Below are positions 44,877 to 53,602 of a stretch of 64,000 nucleotides of DNA, one piece after another. Each line of letters starts with the position of its first letter. The stretch's first letter is position 1. The position numbers and the translations under genes were made by a program. Below the pieces are notes generated by a model. It had not been told where the DNA came from. It saw nothing but the letters and a program-made list of their open reading frames with translations, and did not search any database. The stretch is from Parcubacteria group bacterium Gr01-1014_20 (GTDB lineage: Bacteria > Patescibacteriota > Minisyncoccia > UBA6257 > 2-01-FULL-56-20): NCBI GenBank assembly GCA_007376265.1, contig VMFW01000003.1:1315-65314 (forward strand), given 5' to 3'.

Positions 44877-46592
44877 ATGAAATTACCGATTCCGGCGGAA
44901 CAACTCGAGAAGCGTTTGATTCAGGAGGGTCTTGTCACCCATGAGGCTTTTTCGGAGATCGTGGATGAATCGGGGCGAAAGAATCAGGACGTGATTGATC
45001 TTTTGATATCAAGAGGAATGGTTGAGGGGCGCTATTTGCATAATATCCTGGCGTCGCTTTTGGGCGTGCCGCTCGCATCATTTGAGACCCGCCAGTTCGA
45101 CAAAGAGTTGGTCAAGACTTTGCCTGAAGAAGTGGCCAGAAAGAGAGAGGTGATTATTTTCTCGAAGGAAGAGGATGGGTCTTTAAATGTGGCGATGGCT
45201 GATCCGAGTGACTTGGATACGGTTAAGTACCTCTCTCAATTTTTTGGAGCCAAGATCAATTCCTTTTTAGCCACTGGTTCGGATTTAAATAAGGGTTTTT
45301 CGGTTTATGGCCGACAGTCGGCCCAGGATTTTAAAAAATTAATTGAGGACAATATTCAGGAGTCGCTTCGGGGGCAGGCGAAGACAATTGAGGAGGCGGC
45401 GGCGCTTCTGCCGATTGTTTCGATCGTTGACAACCTGCTTTCTTACGCCATTTCGTCTCGGACGTCGGATATTCACATTGAGGTTTTGGAAGACGTAACA
45501 ATGGTGAGATACCGAATTGACGGAATTCTTTTTGAAATCATGAGAATTCCTAAAGCTATTCATAATGCGATTATCGCCAGAATCAAGATTTTATCCGGCC
45601 TTAAGATTGACGAGCATTATAAACCCCAGGATGGTCGGTTTCACTATCAGATTGTCAATCAGACTGTGGACGTGCGTGTTTCGATTCTACCCACTTTTTA
45701 TGGCGAGAAGGTGGTGATGCGTTTGCTCGAGGCTTCCCAAAAGCCGCTTTCACTTGAGGAACTTGGAATGTTGCCGGATACAGCCAGGATTGTTTCTGAA
45801 AATCTGAAAAAGGCTTACGGGATGGTTCTTTCGTGCGGACCAACCGGATCGGGTAAAACCACCACCCTCTACGCACTGATGGATATTTTGAATAAACCGA
45901 ATGTAAACATTGTGACGGTCGAGGATCCAATCGAATACAACATGCGCTACGTGAATCAGACACAGATGAACCCGCAAGCCGGTATTACATTTGCCTCGGG
46001 ACTCCGCGCGATTTTGAGGCAGGATCCGAACATCATTATGGTGGGTGAGATTCGGGACGCAGAAACCGCTGGAATCGCAGTGCAAGCGGCCTTAACCGGA
46101 CACTTACTCTTATCTTCGCTTCATACAAACGACGCCCCGACCGTTATCCCGAGATTGTTTGACCTAGAAGTGCCGCCATTTTTAGTGGTTTCAGTTTTGA
46201 ACATTATCGTCGCTCAACGGTTGGTGCGAAAAATTTGTCAGACGTGCATTTCATCCTATGAGATAACTCCTGAGATCAGTCGAGTTGTTCAAGAACAGTT
46301 GAAAGAGCTTGCGATTGACGCTGATAAGGTTAAACCACCAAAGAATTTTTATAAAGGAAAAGGTTGTGTGAGTTGCAGTGGGACTGGATACCGGGGGCGG
46401 TTAGGTATCTTTGAGGTTCTGGACGTGAATGAAAAGGTAAAATCTATAATCTTGGGCACCGATTTTACCTTAGAAAAACTGAGGCTAGCTTCGAGGGTAG
46501 CGGGTATGAGGACAATGTTTGAGGATGGATTACAGAAGGTTGAGCTCGCAATGACGACGGTTGATGAGATTTTGAGAGTAATCAGGGAGTAG
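44877..46592 (+). CDS. pilB: type IV pilus assembly ATPase PilB (GspE family)
   Basis: N-terminal GSPII domain; Walker A LSCGPTGSGKTTTLYA; Asp box and His box region; C-terminal tetracysteine motif (CQTC ... CVSCSGTG). Confidence 0.95.
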   Translation: MKLPIPAEQLEKRLIQEGLVTHEAFSEIVDESGRKNQDVIDLLISRGMVEGRYLHNILASLLGVPLASFETRQFDKELVKTLPEEVARKREVIIFSKEEDGSLNVAMADPSDLDTVKYLSQFFGAKINSFLATGSDLNKGFSVYGRQSAQDFKKLIEDNIQESLRGQAKTIEEAAALLPIVSIVDNLLSYAISSRTSDIHIEVLEDVTMVRYRIDGILFEIMRIPKAIHNAIIARIKILSGLKIDEHYKPQDGRFHYQIVNQTVDVRVSILPTFYGEKVVMRLLEASQKPLSLEELGMLPDTARIVSENLKKAYGMVLSCGPTGSGKTTTLYALMDILNKPNVNIVTVEDPIEYNMRYVNQTQMNPQAGITFASGLRAILRQDPNIIMVGEIRDAETAGIAVQAALTGHLLLSSLHTNDAPTVIPRLFDLEVPPFLVVSVLNIIVAQRLVRKICQTCISSYEITPEISRVVQEQLKELAIDADKVKPPKNFYKGKGCVSCSGTGYRGRLGIFEVLDVNEKVKSIILGTDFTLEKLRLASRVAGMRTMFEDGLQKVELAMTTVDEILRVIRE

Positions 46593-46597
46593 GCAAC

Positions 46598-46735
46598 GCT
46601 GGTTCATTGCTTTTCAGAACCGCGGTTGTCCGATTCCAGCGATCGGACCCCGCTGCCGCTCACTCCGACGGCCCTTCAGGACCAAGCCCGTCGGAGCTCC
46701 GAGAGCTTCCGAAAAGCAATGAACCAGCTTTTTGT
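46598..46735 (+). repeat. 18-bp perfect inverted repeat (gctggttcattgcttttc / gaaaagcaatgaaccagc) enclosing a ~95-nt GC-rich multi-hairpin core, followed by a T-run
   Basis: Seen directly in the pilB-pilC spacer. Inner palindromes gtccgat..atcggac and ccgacgg..ccgtcgg. Confidence 0.75.
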
Positions 46736-47976
46736 TTGGGGGTGAGTGTTTTATAATATTAGGGAACATGCTTTTTCATTATTTGGCAGCGGATAAAGAG
46801 GGGAAGATTACAGAGGGGGATCTTGAAGTAGATGATTTTAATCAGGCTTTGCAGTTTTTAGCCGGGCGGGAGCTAAGGCCAATTTCGGTTAAACCCCTTA
46901 AGGGGGGCGAGGGTATTTCTTCACGGAGGATTTTTGGCACCATCAATCTGACCGATAAGATTTTTTTGTGTCGTTATTTGGCGCTCATGCTTCGGGTGGG
47001 GACGGATCTCTTGTCGGCCGTGAATATTCTGATTTCGGATTTTGATAAGCCAGCGATGAAAGAGTTTTTGATGGAGGTGCGCGATAATATCGGTCGGGGC
47101 CAACCACTTTATTCGGTCTTTGCAAAATATCCAAAAATTTTCTCGGCGGTTTTTGTAAATTTGGTTAAAGCGGCGGAGGCCTCTGGCAACCTTCAGGAAA
47201 CATTCGAAAGCTTGGCGGTCTCACTTTCTAAGGAGGCTGCATTGCGGAGCACGATTAAAGCGGCCTTGGTTTATCCGCTTGTGTTGCTTTTCACTTCCTT
47301 AGGAATTTTTCTTTTTTTAGTCACGTTCGCCTTACCTAAAATCGCTAAAGTTTTTCAAGAAAGTGGAATTCAGGCCCCGCTTTTTTCGCGAGTGGTTTTT
47401 GCGATTGGCCTTTTCATAAACGAGCACGCCTTCACTTTTATCGGGGGAATTGTGCTGGCTATTTTGCTTGGGGGTTACTTCTTTGGGATGAATATTATCG
47501 GTCGGCGACTAGCTCGGAGTTTTTTTGGGAAGCTACCAATTATTAAAAAAGTTTTTCACGAGCTGGCAATCCAGAGATTTGCTTCGACAACAAGCTCCTT
47601 GCTCAAGGCTGGTTTACCCATTGTTCAGACTTTGAATATCGCCGCCGATACCGTGAATGTCGAGGAATTTCGCCATGCCCTAAAAAGGGTTAGCGAGGAG
47701 GGATTAACGAAGGGACTTACAGTCGGTGACGCTTTTAAGCGCGAGATTATTTTTCCAAGGCTCGTGACAAACTTAATTGCGATTTCTGAAAAGGCCGGAC
47801 ACTTAGAGGATGTGTTGCAGACCCTCTCTGAGTTTTATTCGGCGAGGGTGGAGGCGGCCATAAAGTCACTGGTTTCATTTCTTGAGCCGGTGCTCCTTCT
47901 AACCATGGGTCTTTTGGTAGGTTTGGTGGCTATTTCGATCATTATTCCTATCTATCAACTTACTTCGCAGTTCTAA
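46732..47976 (+). CDS. pilC: type IV pilus inner-membrane platform protein PilC (GspF family)
   Basis: Two GspF repeats, e.g. IFLCRYLALMLRVGTDLLSAVNILI and LVTNLIAISEKAGHLEDVLQ. The true start is probably the ATG at ~46765 (MLFHYLAADKEG). Confidence 0.9.
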   Translation: MFGGECFIILGNMLFHYLAADKEGKITEGDLEVDDFNQALQFLAGRELRPISVKPLKGGEGISSRRIFGTINLTDKIFLCRYLALMLRVGTDLLSAVNILISDFDKPAMKEFLMEVRDNIGRGQPLYSVFAKYPKIFSAVFVNLVKAAEASGNLQETFESLAVSLSKEAALRSTIKAALVYPLVLLFTSLGIFLFLVTFALPKIAKVFQESGIQAPLFSRVVFAIGLFINEHAFTFIGGIVLAILLGGYFFGMNIIGRRLARSFFGKLPIIKKVFHELAIQRFASTTSSLLKAGLPIVQTLNIAADTVNVEEFRHALKRVSEEGLTKGLTVGDAFKREIIFPRLVTNLIAISEKAGHLEDVLQTLSEFYSARVEAAIKSLVSFLEPVLLLTMGLLVGLVAISIIIPIYQLTSQF

Positions 47977-48050
47977 ATCATGAAACATGAAGCATAAGAA
48001 ATACAATGGAAACGTGTTAGATCGATTACAATAGTAAAATGATTCAAGAT

Positions 48051-48083
48051 TTCCTCCATAGGAGGATCCGCCTCTGGCGGATG
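48051..48083. repeat. GGATCC palindromic element, copy 4 (ttcctccataggaggatccgcctctggcggatg), preceded by atcatgaaacatgaag
   Basis: Seen directly. It overlaps the 5' end of the track ORF 48039. Confidence 0.8.
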
Positions 48084-48644
48084 AGCTCCAATATTCATGG
48101 CCGAGGGGGGTTTACGATGATCGAGAGTCTGATCGTGGTGGCGCTTATTTTGTTTTTTGGGACAATCGCGCTCTTAAATCTTGGGCCCCGGAAAAATACT
48201 AAAGAATTTGCATCGACGGTAGAAAAGATTGTGCATATATTTGAGATGACGAGGAATAAAGCGGTAAACTTCGAAGGAGGGGACAGGTGGCTCGTGGCAC
48301 TCAGGTCTTCCGCTTGCCCCACTACTTACGGGCCGTTGCCTGCCGAAACGGCAGGACTAGCCATCTATTTTTCCTCTGCTCCTAATAGCAACGGTGTTTT
48401 TGATAGTTTTTACGCGTTGCCGGTGAGCGTGGCTTATGACGAAAGTGTGACTTTTTGGTCAATTTCATGTCCCACTGCCAAGCACATATATTTTGCCGGA
48501 CTGACGGGTCAGCCTTCCGAATCCAACTATATGCCATATCTCAAGATTTATATGATTTCTGATCCGCGGGTTTCTTCGACGATATCCGTATCAACATCAA
48601 CGGGACTCGTCAGTTACACGACGTCGTCGCTGTGGAGTTTTTAA
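48081..48644 (+). CDS. type IV pilin-like protein (minor pilin / pseudopilin)
   Basis: RGGFTMIESLIVVALILFFGTIALL: a class III signal with Glu+5. The start is chosen at ATG 48081 (MSSNIHGRGG/FTMIESL); 48117 is an alternative. Confidence 0.8.
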   Translation: MSSNIHGRGGFTMIESLIVVALILFFGTIALLNLGPRKNTKEFASTVEKIVHIFEMTRNKAVNFEGGDRWLVALRSSACPTTYGPLPAETAGLAIYFSSAPNSNGVFDSFYALPVSVAYDESVTFWSISCPTAKHIYFAGLTGQPSESNYMPYLKIYMISDPRVSSTISVSTSTGLVSYTTSSLWSF

Positions 48645-48653
48645 CCTACAAAG

Positions 48654-49307
48654 ATGTTTTTTAATCAGGCGAAGAAATTTAGAAATGGGCAGTCGCTCAT
48701 CGAGATACTAGTCGCGATTGCGGTTGGAGTGGTGATGCTTGGGGTGGCGATATCAATTATTGCCCCCGTTCTTAAGGCTAACACTCGCACTAACGAAGCG
48801 AAGGTGGCGGCGGCTTTGGGTCGGGAACTCTTGGAGAATACTCGGGTTTTTGTTGAGCGAGACTGGAATAATTTAGCGGTACTTTCCACGAGCTCGCTTT
48901 ACTCTTACCATTTGACTACCAGCACGGCCGCACCGGATTTTCCATTCCGTAAAATCGATGGAGTAGAGTCGATTGTAATTAGCAGCACGACCTACTTGAG
49001 ACACTTTAATGTCGATGACGTTTGTAGGAGTGGTAACGGAATTATTCAAGCTGATCCAGGACAATGTATTTATGTCGATCCGAGTACTAAAAAGGTGTCG
49101 GTAGTTTATGGGTGGCTGGGGGGATCGACTAGTTCGTTTTCGACTTATTTTACCAGGTTTAAAAATAGATCGATGAGTCAAAGTGATTGGTCTGGCGGAG
49201 ACTCTTTCTGGGGTCCGACCACTACCACCACGACCAGGTTTGTAACTTCCACTAACACAACCAGCACAAACGGTATAATTAGAATCGAGGAGGTTATTTC
49301 TGGCTAA
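48654..49307 (+). CDS. type IV pilin-like protein (minor pilin)
   Basis: KKFRNGQSLIEILVAIAVGVVMLGVAISII: a class III signal with Glu+5. Confidence 0.75.
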   Translation: MFFNQAKKFRNGQSLIEILVAIAVGVVMLGVAISIIAPVLKANTRTNEAKVAAALGRELLENTRVFVERDWNNLAVLSTSSLYSYHLTTSTAAPDFPFRKIDGVESIVISSTTYLRHFNVDDVCRSGNGIIQADPGQCIYVDPSTKKVSVVYGWLGGSTSSFSTYFTRFKNRSMSQSDWSGGDSFWGPTTTTTTRFVTSTNTTSTNGIIRIEEVISG

Positions 49308-49313
49308 GTTTTT

Positions 49314-50306
49314 ATGAAAAACAGATCTACCATTTTTTGGGTTTTAATCGGGACAGCGGTTTTTCTCTCGGCCGGATTTTATTTTTTGCAGGTAGCGGAG
49401 AGGGTTGGAGCGGTCACTAATATTCATTCCACCTCGACTGATCACTGGGGCTGGAACGACCTGATGGGTTGGCAGGATTTTTATAGCAAAGGCAATGTGT
49501 TTGTGAAGCCGCTTAAGGTGGTGGGGGTAGTGAGTTCGACTATCGGGGACGTTGTGTTGCACTGTGAGAGCGATCCGGTGAGCGGTTGTAGCGGGCCGGC
49601 TGGAAATTGGGGGGTGTTAAATGCCGGGGGCCAGCTTTCGGGCTGGGCCTGGAATGATGTGGTGGGTTGGATTAGTTTTTGCGGGAAACCAGGTGGTGTA
49701 GGGGGCTGTTTTCCGAGTCTTACAACTTACGGGGTGACAGTCAGTAATTTGATTACCGGCAGCGATGAACCACCAAGTGATTTTTCTGGTTGGGCTTGGA
49801 ATGCTTCCGTGGGTTGGTTTAACTTTAACTGTTCTAATTTAGCGCCAACCGAACCGGCCTGGTGTGATATTTCGAGTTCGACTTCTTATGCCGCCGGGTA
49901 TAAGGTCAGAACCGATTGGTCGGCTACTTCGACTTACGGCAGTCTTTACTCAGCGGTGTTTGATGCTGGCTCCAATTTTCCGGTCGATTATAACTCGGTG
50001 GCTTGGGTGGGCACCAAACCGGCAGGGACGGATGTTTTTTTTCAGCTCGCAGTTCGGAACGATTGTAGTGGCGGACTTCCTACTTGCGCTGATGATACTT
50101 GGAATTTCACTGGCCCCGGGGGATCGACCTCAACTTTTTACCTCACTAATGTATATGGTTTTCAGAAGGGGATTTATTATGCTACCTTCGGTCGGGATTT
50201 TATCAATGCGGGGAGATATTTTAGGTATCGAATAAGGCTCAAGTCGGATTCGGCCCGGACGGAAACCCCCTCGGTCTACAAGGTTAACATTGATTGGACC
50301 TACTAG
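49314..50306 (+). CDS. hypothetical secreted/anchored protein with three Trp-rich repeats (GWxWNxxxGWxxF), embedded in the pilus gene cluster
   Basis: N-terminal TM/signal segment (IFWVLIGTAVFLSAGFYFL). Repeats HWGWNDLMGWQDF, GWAWNDVVGWISF and GWAWNASVGWFNF. I recognise no family. Confidence 0.55.
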   Translation: MKNRSTIFWVLIGTAVFLSAGFYFLQVAERVGAVTNIHSTSTDHWGWNDLMGWQDFYSKGNVFVKPLKVVGVVSSTIGDVVLHCESDPVSGCSGPAGNWGVLNAGGQLSGWAWNDVVGWISFCGKPGGVGGCFPSLTTYGVTVSNLITGSDEPPSDFSGWAWNASVGWFNFNCSNLAPTEPAWCDISSSTSYAAGYKVRTDWSATSTYGSLYSAVFDAGSNFPVDYNSVAWVGTKPAGTDVFFQLAVRNDCSGGLPTCADDTWNFTGPGGSTSTFYLTNVYGFQKGIYYATFGRDFINAGRYFRYRIRLKSDSARTETPSVYKVNIDWTY

Positions 50307-50338
50307 GAGGAGAAGGCGGATCCTCCTCCGGAGGAAGG
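50305..50338. repeat. GGATCC palindromic element, copy 5, inverted orientation (ggaggagaaggcggatcctcctccggaggaagg)
   Basis: Seen directly, overlapping the stop codon of the Trp-repeat gene. Confidence 0.8.
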
Positions 50339-50439
50339 TTTTCCTCTTTCGCTTAAAGCTTCGGATGGACGCGGTAGGTGATGGGCTCCATGGTTTTGAG
50401 TGAGGGTTATTTAATAGGAAAATAAGTTATAATGAGCTT

Positions 50440-50949
50440 ATGGGAAAGTTTCTAGAGTCATACGTTCGTAGTAAATATTTTACCCGTGGTCAGGCGGCTT
50501 TGTCTTTGGTTTTTTTGGTTGGGGGGACAGTGGTGCTTATTGGAACCACGTTAACTTTTCTCGTGATCAGTTTTATCAATACGACTTTTGGCTATCAGGC
50601 GGCTAACAGGGCGCTTGGGGTGGCTTTTGCGGGGGCAAACGACGGCTTGTGGAAGCTTTCGAAAAATAGAGATTTTGGCGGCTCTTATTATAATCAATCG
50701 CTTTGTGATTACTCTCTTCCGATCGGAAGTGACCAAGCGCACGTGATTATCACTCGGAAGGACGGCTCTTGCGGATCCCCCAGACCTACGAACCCAAACG
50801 AAGCTTGGATATACTCCGAGGCGAGTTATTTGGGGAGAGTTCGGAGGATTAATATGGTGGTCTCGATCGACCCAATCTCGGGGAGGGTGGTGGTAACTTC
50901 TATGGTACAGTCGGTGGTGGTTACGACGGGTAATGGTGCCGACAACTGA
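50440..50949 (+). CDS. pilin-like / pseudopilin-like protein with non-canonical prepilin signal
   Basis: KYFTRGQAALSLVFLVGGTVVLIGTTLTFLV: a G-Q/A cleavage-like motif followed by a hydrophobic helix, but no Glu+5. Confidence 0.4.
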   Translation: MGKFLESYVRSKYFTRGQAALSLVFLVGGTVVLIGTTLTFLVISFINTTFGYQAANRALGVAFAGANDGLWKLSKNRDFGGSYYNQSLCDYSLPIGSDQAHVIITRKDGSCGSPRPTNPNEAWIYSEASYLGRVRRINMVVSIDPISGRVVVTSMVQSVVVTTGNGADN

Positions 50950-50962
50950 TTGTGAAGAAAAA

Positions 50963-52486
50963 ATGAGTTATTTTTCCTTTTATTTAAATAGCCTGATTAA
51001 GTTTCTCAAGGCGCAGGTTATTTCGGGCGGGTTGGAGATTTCTGACCTAGAACTACGGTTTGCTTATTTTGACGGAAGACGATGGCAGATGGTGGGGCTT
51101 AAGCTTCCGGCGGGGGTGGTTCAAGGCGGCAAAATTTTGGACAGCGCGCAGTTAGTCCAGGTGCTTAAACGTTTGAAGCTTGAAGTGTTTAGGGGGAAGA
51201 GTAAAAAAAATCGGGTGCCGGTGGTTTTGTCTTTAAGTTCGATCGGAGTTTACACGCAGGTTTTTAGCCTACCGACGTTAAAGGGAGCAACCCTCGAAGA
51301 GGCAATCGAGCTTAACGTGAGGATGGCTTCACCAATGGATCAGGCAATGGTTTACTCGGGATACCAGGTGATTGGTGAAGACAAAGAAAAGGGTAAGGTG
51401 GATGTTTTAGCGGCCTTTATCGCTAGAGAAATTGTTGATGGATTTCAGAGGGCCTTAACTGAGGCCGGGTTTTTGGTGATAGCCGTTGAATCAAGATCGA
51501 TGTCTTTGATAAGACTCATGCGCCAGCAAGGGATAGGGATTAGCCGACATGATTCCTACGCGGTAGTGGTTTTGGATAACGAAAATTTGGATTTTGTAAT
51601 TTTAAGGGGTGGTCAGTTCTATTTTGAGTATATAAGTTCTTGGGCAGAACTTAAGGGTGGGGGTCGGGAGATTTCGCTCACCGATTTTAGATCGACAATT
51701 ACTAGAAATTTGAGACAAGTTATTAATTACTATAACCAGCATTGGCCGGAAAAGATTCAAGAGGTAATTTTGGTGGCAGTGGGGTTGCAAGATGAGGTAA
51801 AGAAAATAGTGGCGGATAATTTTTCTCTGGAGGTTAAGGACCTTCAATTAAGGTTTGATCAGCCGATCTCAGCTGAGTGGTTTTCTGCGCTTGGCGGAGG
51901 ACTTAGATCGACTATGTCTAGGGGCGGGGATGAGGATTTGAGTTTACTCGGCGTGAGCGCTCGAGACGAATACCGTCAAGAAAGAATTGAAAGTTTTTTC
52001 GGTTTTTGGCGGGTGGCGATCCCGGTATTTTTAAGTTTACTTCTCGTGTTTTTCTTGAGCGGCTTTGTATTTTTGAGAGAAATGGACAAGTCTTTGACTC
52101 GAGAAGTCGGGGGGGTTGAGGGAGACGCTAGAATTAAGGAATTGGACGACCTAAGGGTTCAAGCGGAAGAATTTAACCGCGATATTGCTATGATCGCCTC
52201 AATCAGAAAAGTGGATCGCGCAAAGCTGTCGCCCCTAGAGAAGCTCAACAGTTTGGTTTCTAAGAATAGTTTAACGTTTACACGATTCGCGTTTAGAGAT
52301 TTCAATGTGTCTCTGATTTTTTATGGAGAGGCTAGGAGTAGAGATAATGTTATTAATTTTATTGAAGACGTAAAGAAAGACAGGCAGTTTAGCGACGTTA
52401 GGTTTTCTTTGACCGACATAAAGGAGACTGCTCAGGGTTTCTCTTTTTCGATAATCTTCTCGATAGCGGCTTCTATGCTTGAGTAG
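50963..52486 (+). CDS. pilM: PilM-like actin-fold protein fused to a PilN-like TM + coiled-coil domain
   Basis: N-terminal ~350 aa resemble PilM/FtsA-like ATPase fold proteins. Then a TM segment (RVAIPVFLSLLLVFFLSGFVFL) and a C-terminal PilN-like region. Start taken at ATG 50963 (MSYFSFYL). Confidence 0.55.
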   Translation: MSYFSFYLNSLIKFLKAQVISGGLEISDLELRFAYFDGRRWQMVGLKLPAGVVQGGKILDSAQLVQVLKRLKLEVFRGKSKKNRVPVVLSLSSIGVYTQVFSLPTLKGATLEEAIELNVRMASPMDQAMVYSGYQVIGEDKEKGKVDVLAAFIAREIVDGFQRALTEAGFLVIAVESRSMSLIRLMRQQGIGISRHDSYAVVVLDNENLDFVILRGGQFYFEYISSWAELKGGGREISLTDFRSTITRNLRQVINYYNQHWPEKIQEVILVAVGLQDEVKKIVADNFSLEVKDLQLRFDQPISAEWFSALGGGLRSTMSRGGDEDLSLLGVSARDEYRQERIESFFGFWRVAIPVFLSLLLVFFLSGFVFLREMDKSLTREVGGVEGDARIKELDDLRVQAEEFNRDIAMIASIRKVDRAKLSPLEKLNSLVSKNSLTFTRFAFRDFNVSLIFYGEARSRDNVINFIEDVKKDRQFSDVRFSLTDIKETAQGFSFSIIFSIAASMLE

Positions 52487-52968
52487 ATTTTTTTCTTCTC
52501 TGTCGGGGGAATATTTTTTAAGACAAACTTTTCGGCTTTTAGGCGTTTCGAGCCTTTTTTTTGTTTGGGTCGAATGCCAATTCGAAGACGCCAGAACCGC
52601 TTTGTTTTTAGGTTTTTAATTACGGACTCAACTCCTTTGTGGCCGGCGCTCGTTTTGTCGAACGATAATTTCCAGCTGCCGATTTCAATGTCACTGTCAT
52701 CGTGAACGACAATGAGATTGTCTGGTAAGAAGTTGAGCTTTTTTAAGGCCTTTTTTATGGCTAGACCGGACTCATTCATGTAGAGCTCGAGCTTTAAAAC
52801 GGTTAGGTTTATAGCGTTAGGGAGTTTGAGAGTCTTTGGGATTCCGCCTTCAGTTTTCGAGGTGTCTAGTTTTTGAGTCAAAAGGTCAATGAAAGCGCGT
52901 CCGACGTTGTGATAGGTGTTCTCATATTTCTTGTCTGGATTACCTAGGCCGACGATAAGTTTGTTCAT
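52432..52968 (-). CDS. pth: peptidyl-tRNA hydrolase
   Basis: MNKLIVGLGNPDKKYENTYHNVGRAFIDLL is the canonical Pth N-terminus. The track ORF extends 13 codons further upstream. Confidence 0.9.
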   Translation of the reverse strand: MNKLIVGLGNPDKKYENTYHNVGRAFIDLLTQKLDTSKTEGGIPKTLKLPNAINLTVLKLELYMNESGLAIKKALKKLNFLPDNLIVVHDDSDIEIGSWKLSFDKTSAGHKGVESVIKNLKTKRFWRLRIGIRPKQKKGSKRLKAEKFVLKNIPPTEKKKIYSSIEAAIEKIIEKEKP

Positions 52969-53029
52969 TCCTTGATTATAGCTTGTTTTTATTATAGAAT
53001 AACCCAAACAGAATCAAAATCTTACGCAA

Positions 53030-53581
53030 ATGAAGAGATTTCTCTATTCTTTCTTGGAAGTGGTGGAAGTGGCTTTGATCGCCGTTATATCAGTTTTTTT
53101 GGTGCGGACTTTTTTGGTTCAGCCGTTTTTGGTAAGCGGGGAGAGTATGGCCCCTAACTTTTCTAATGGAGACTATCTTCTGGTTGACGAGCTTACTTAC
53201 TACTTTCGAACACCGGGGCGAGGAGAAGTGGCTGTTTTTAGGTATCCGAGTGGCAATGGAAGCACGTATTTCATTAAGAGAGTAATTGGTTTGCCGGGGG
53301 AAAAGGTTAAAATCAGCGATGGGAAGGTTTACATATTTAATCAGGACAACCCCCAAGGTTTTTTACTCGAGGAAGATTATTTGTCTCCGAGGGCGGTTAC
53401 AACTGGAGACGCTGAATTCAAAATTGATGGCGAGAACTATTTTGTGTTGGGCGATAACCGGTCTTATAGCTTTGATTCTAGGAGTTGGGGTCTTTTAAAT
53501 AAAAAAGAGATTGTTGGTTTGGCTAGGCTTCGACTTTGGCCACTCGCTCACATGAAAGCTTTTGCCGCCCCCCAGTACTAG
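53030..53581 (+). CDS. lepB: signal peptidase I
   Basis: VSGESMAPNF (catalytic Ser), IKRVIGLPGEKV (Lys box), YFVLGDNRSYSFDSRSWG (box E). Confidence 0.9.
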   Translation: MKRFLYSFLEVVEVALIAVISVFLVRTFLVQPFLVSGESMAPNFSNGDYLLVDELTYYFRTPGRGEVAVFRYPSGNGSTYFIKRVIGLPGEKVKISDGKVYIFNQDNPQGFLLEEDYLSPRAVTTGDAEFKIDGENYFVLGDNRSYSFDSRSWGLLNKKEIVGLARLRLWPLAHMKAFAAPQY

Positions 53582-53602
53582 CCTTGAATAACTTTATTTT
53601 AA

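Noticed and set aside
48039-48080. Track start of the pilin-like ORF at 48039
   Set aside because: This start would translate the GGATCC palindromic repeat. The prepilin leader is better explained by ATG 48081 (or 48117).
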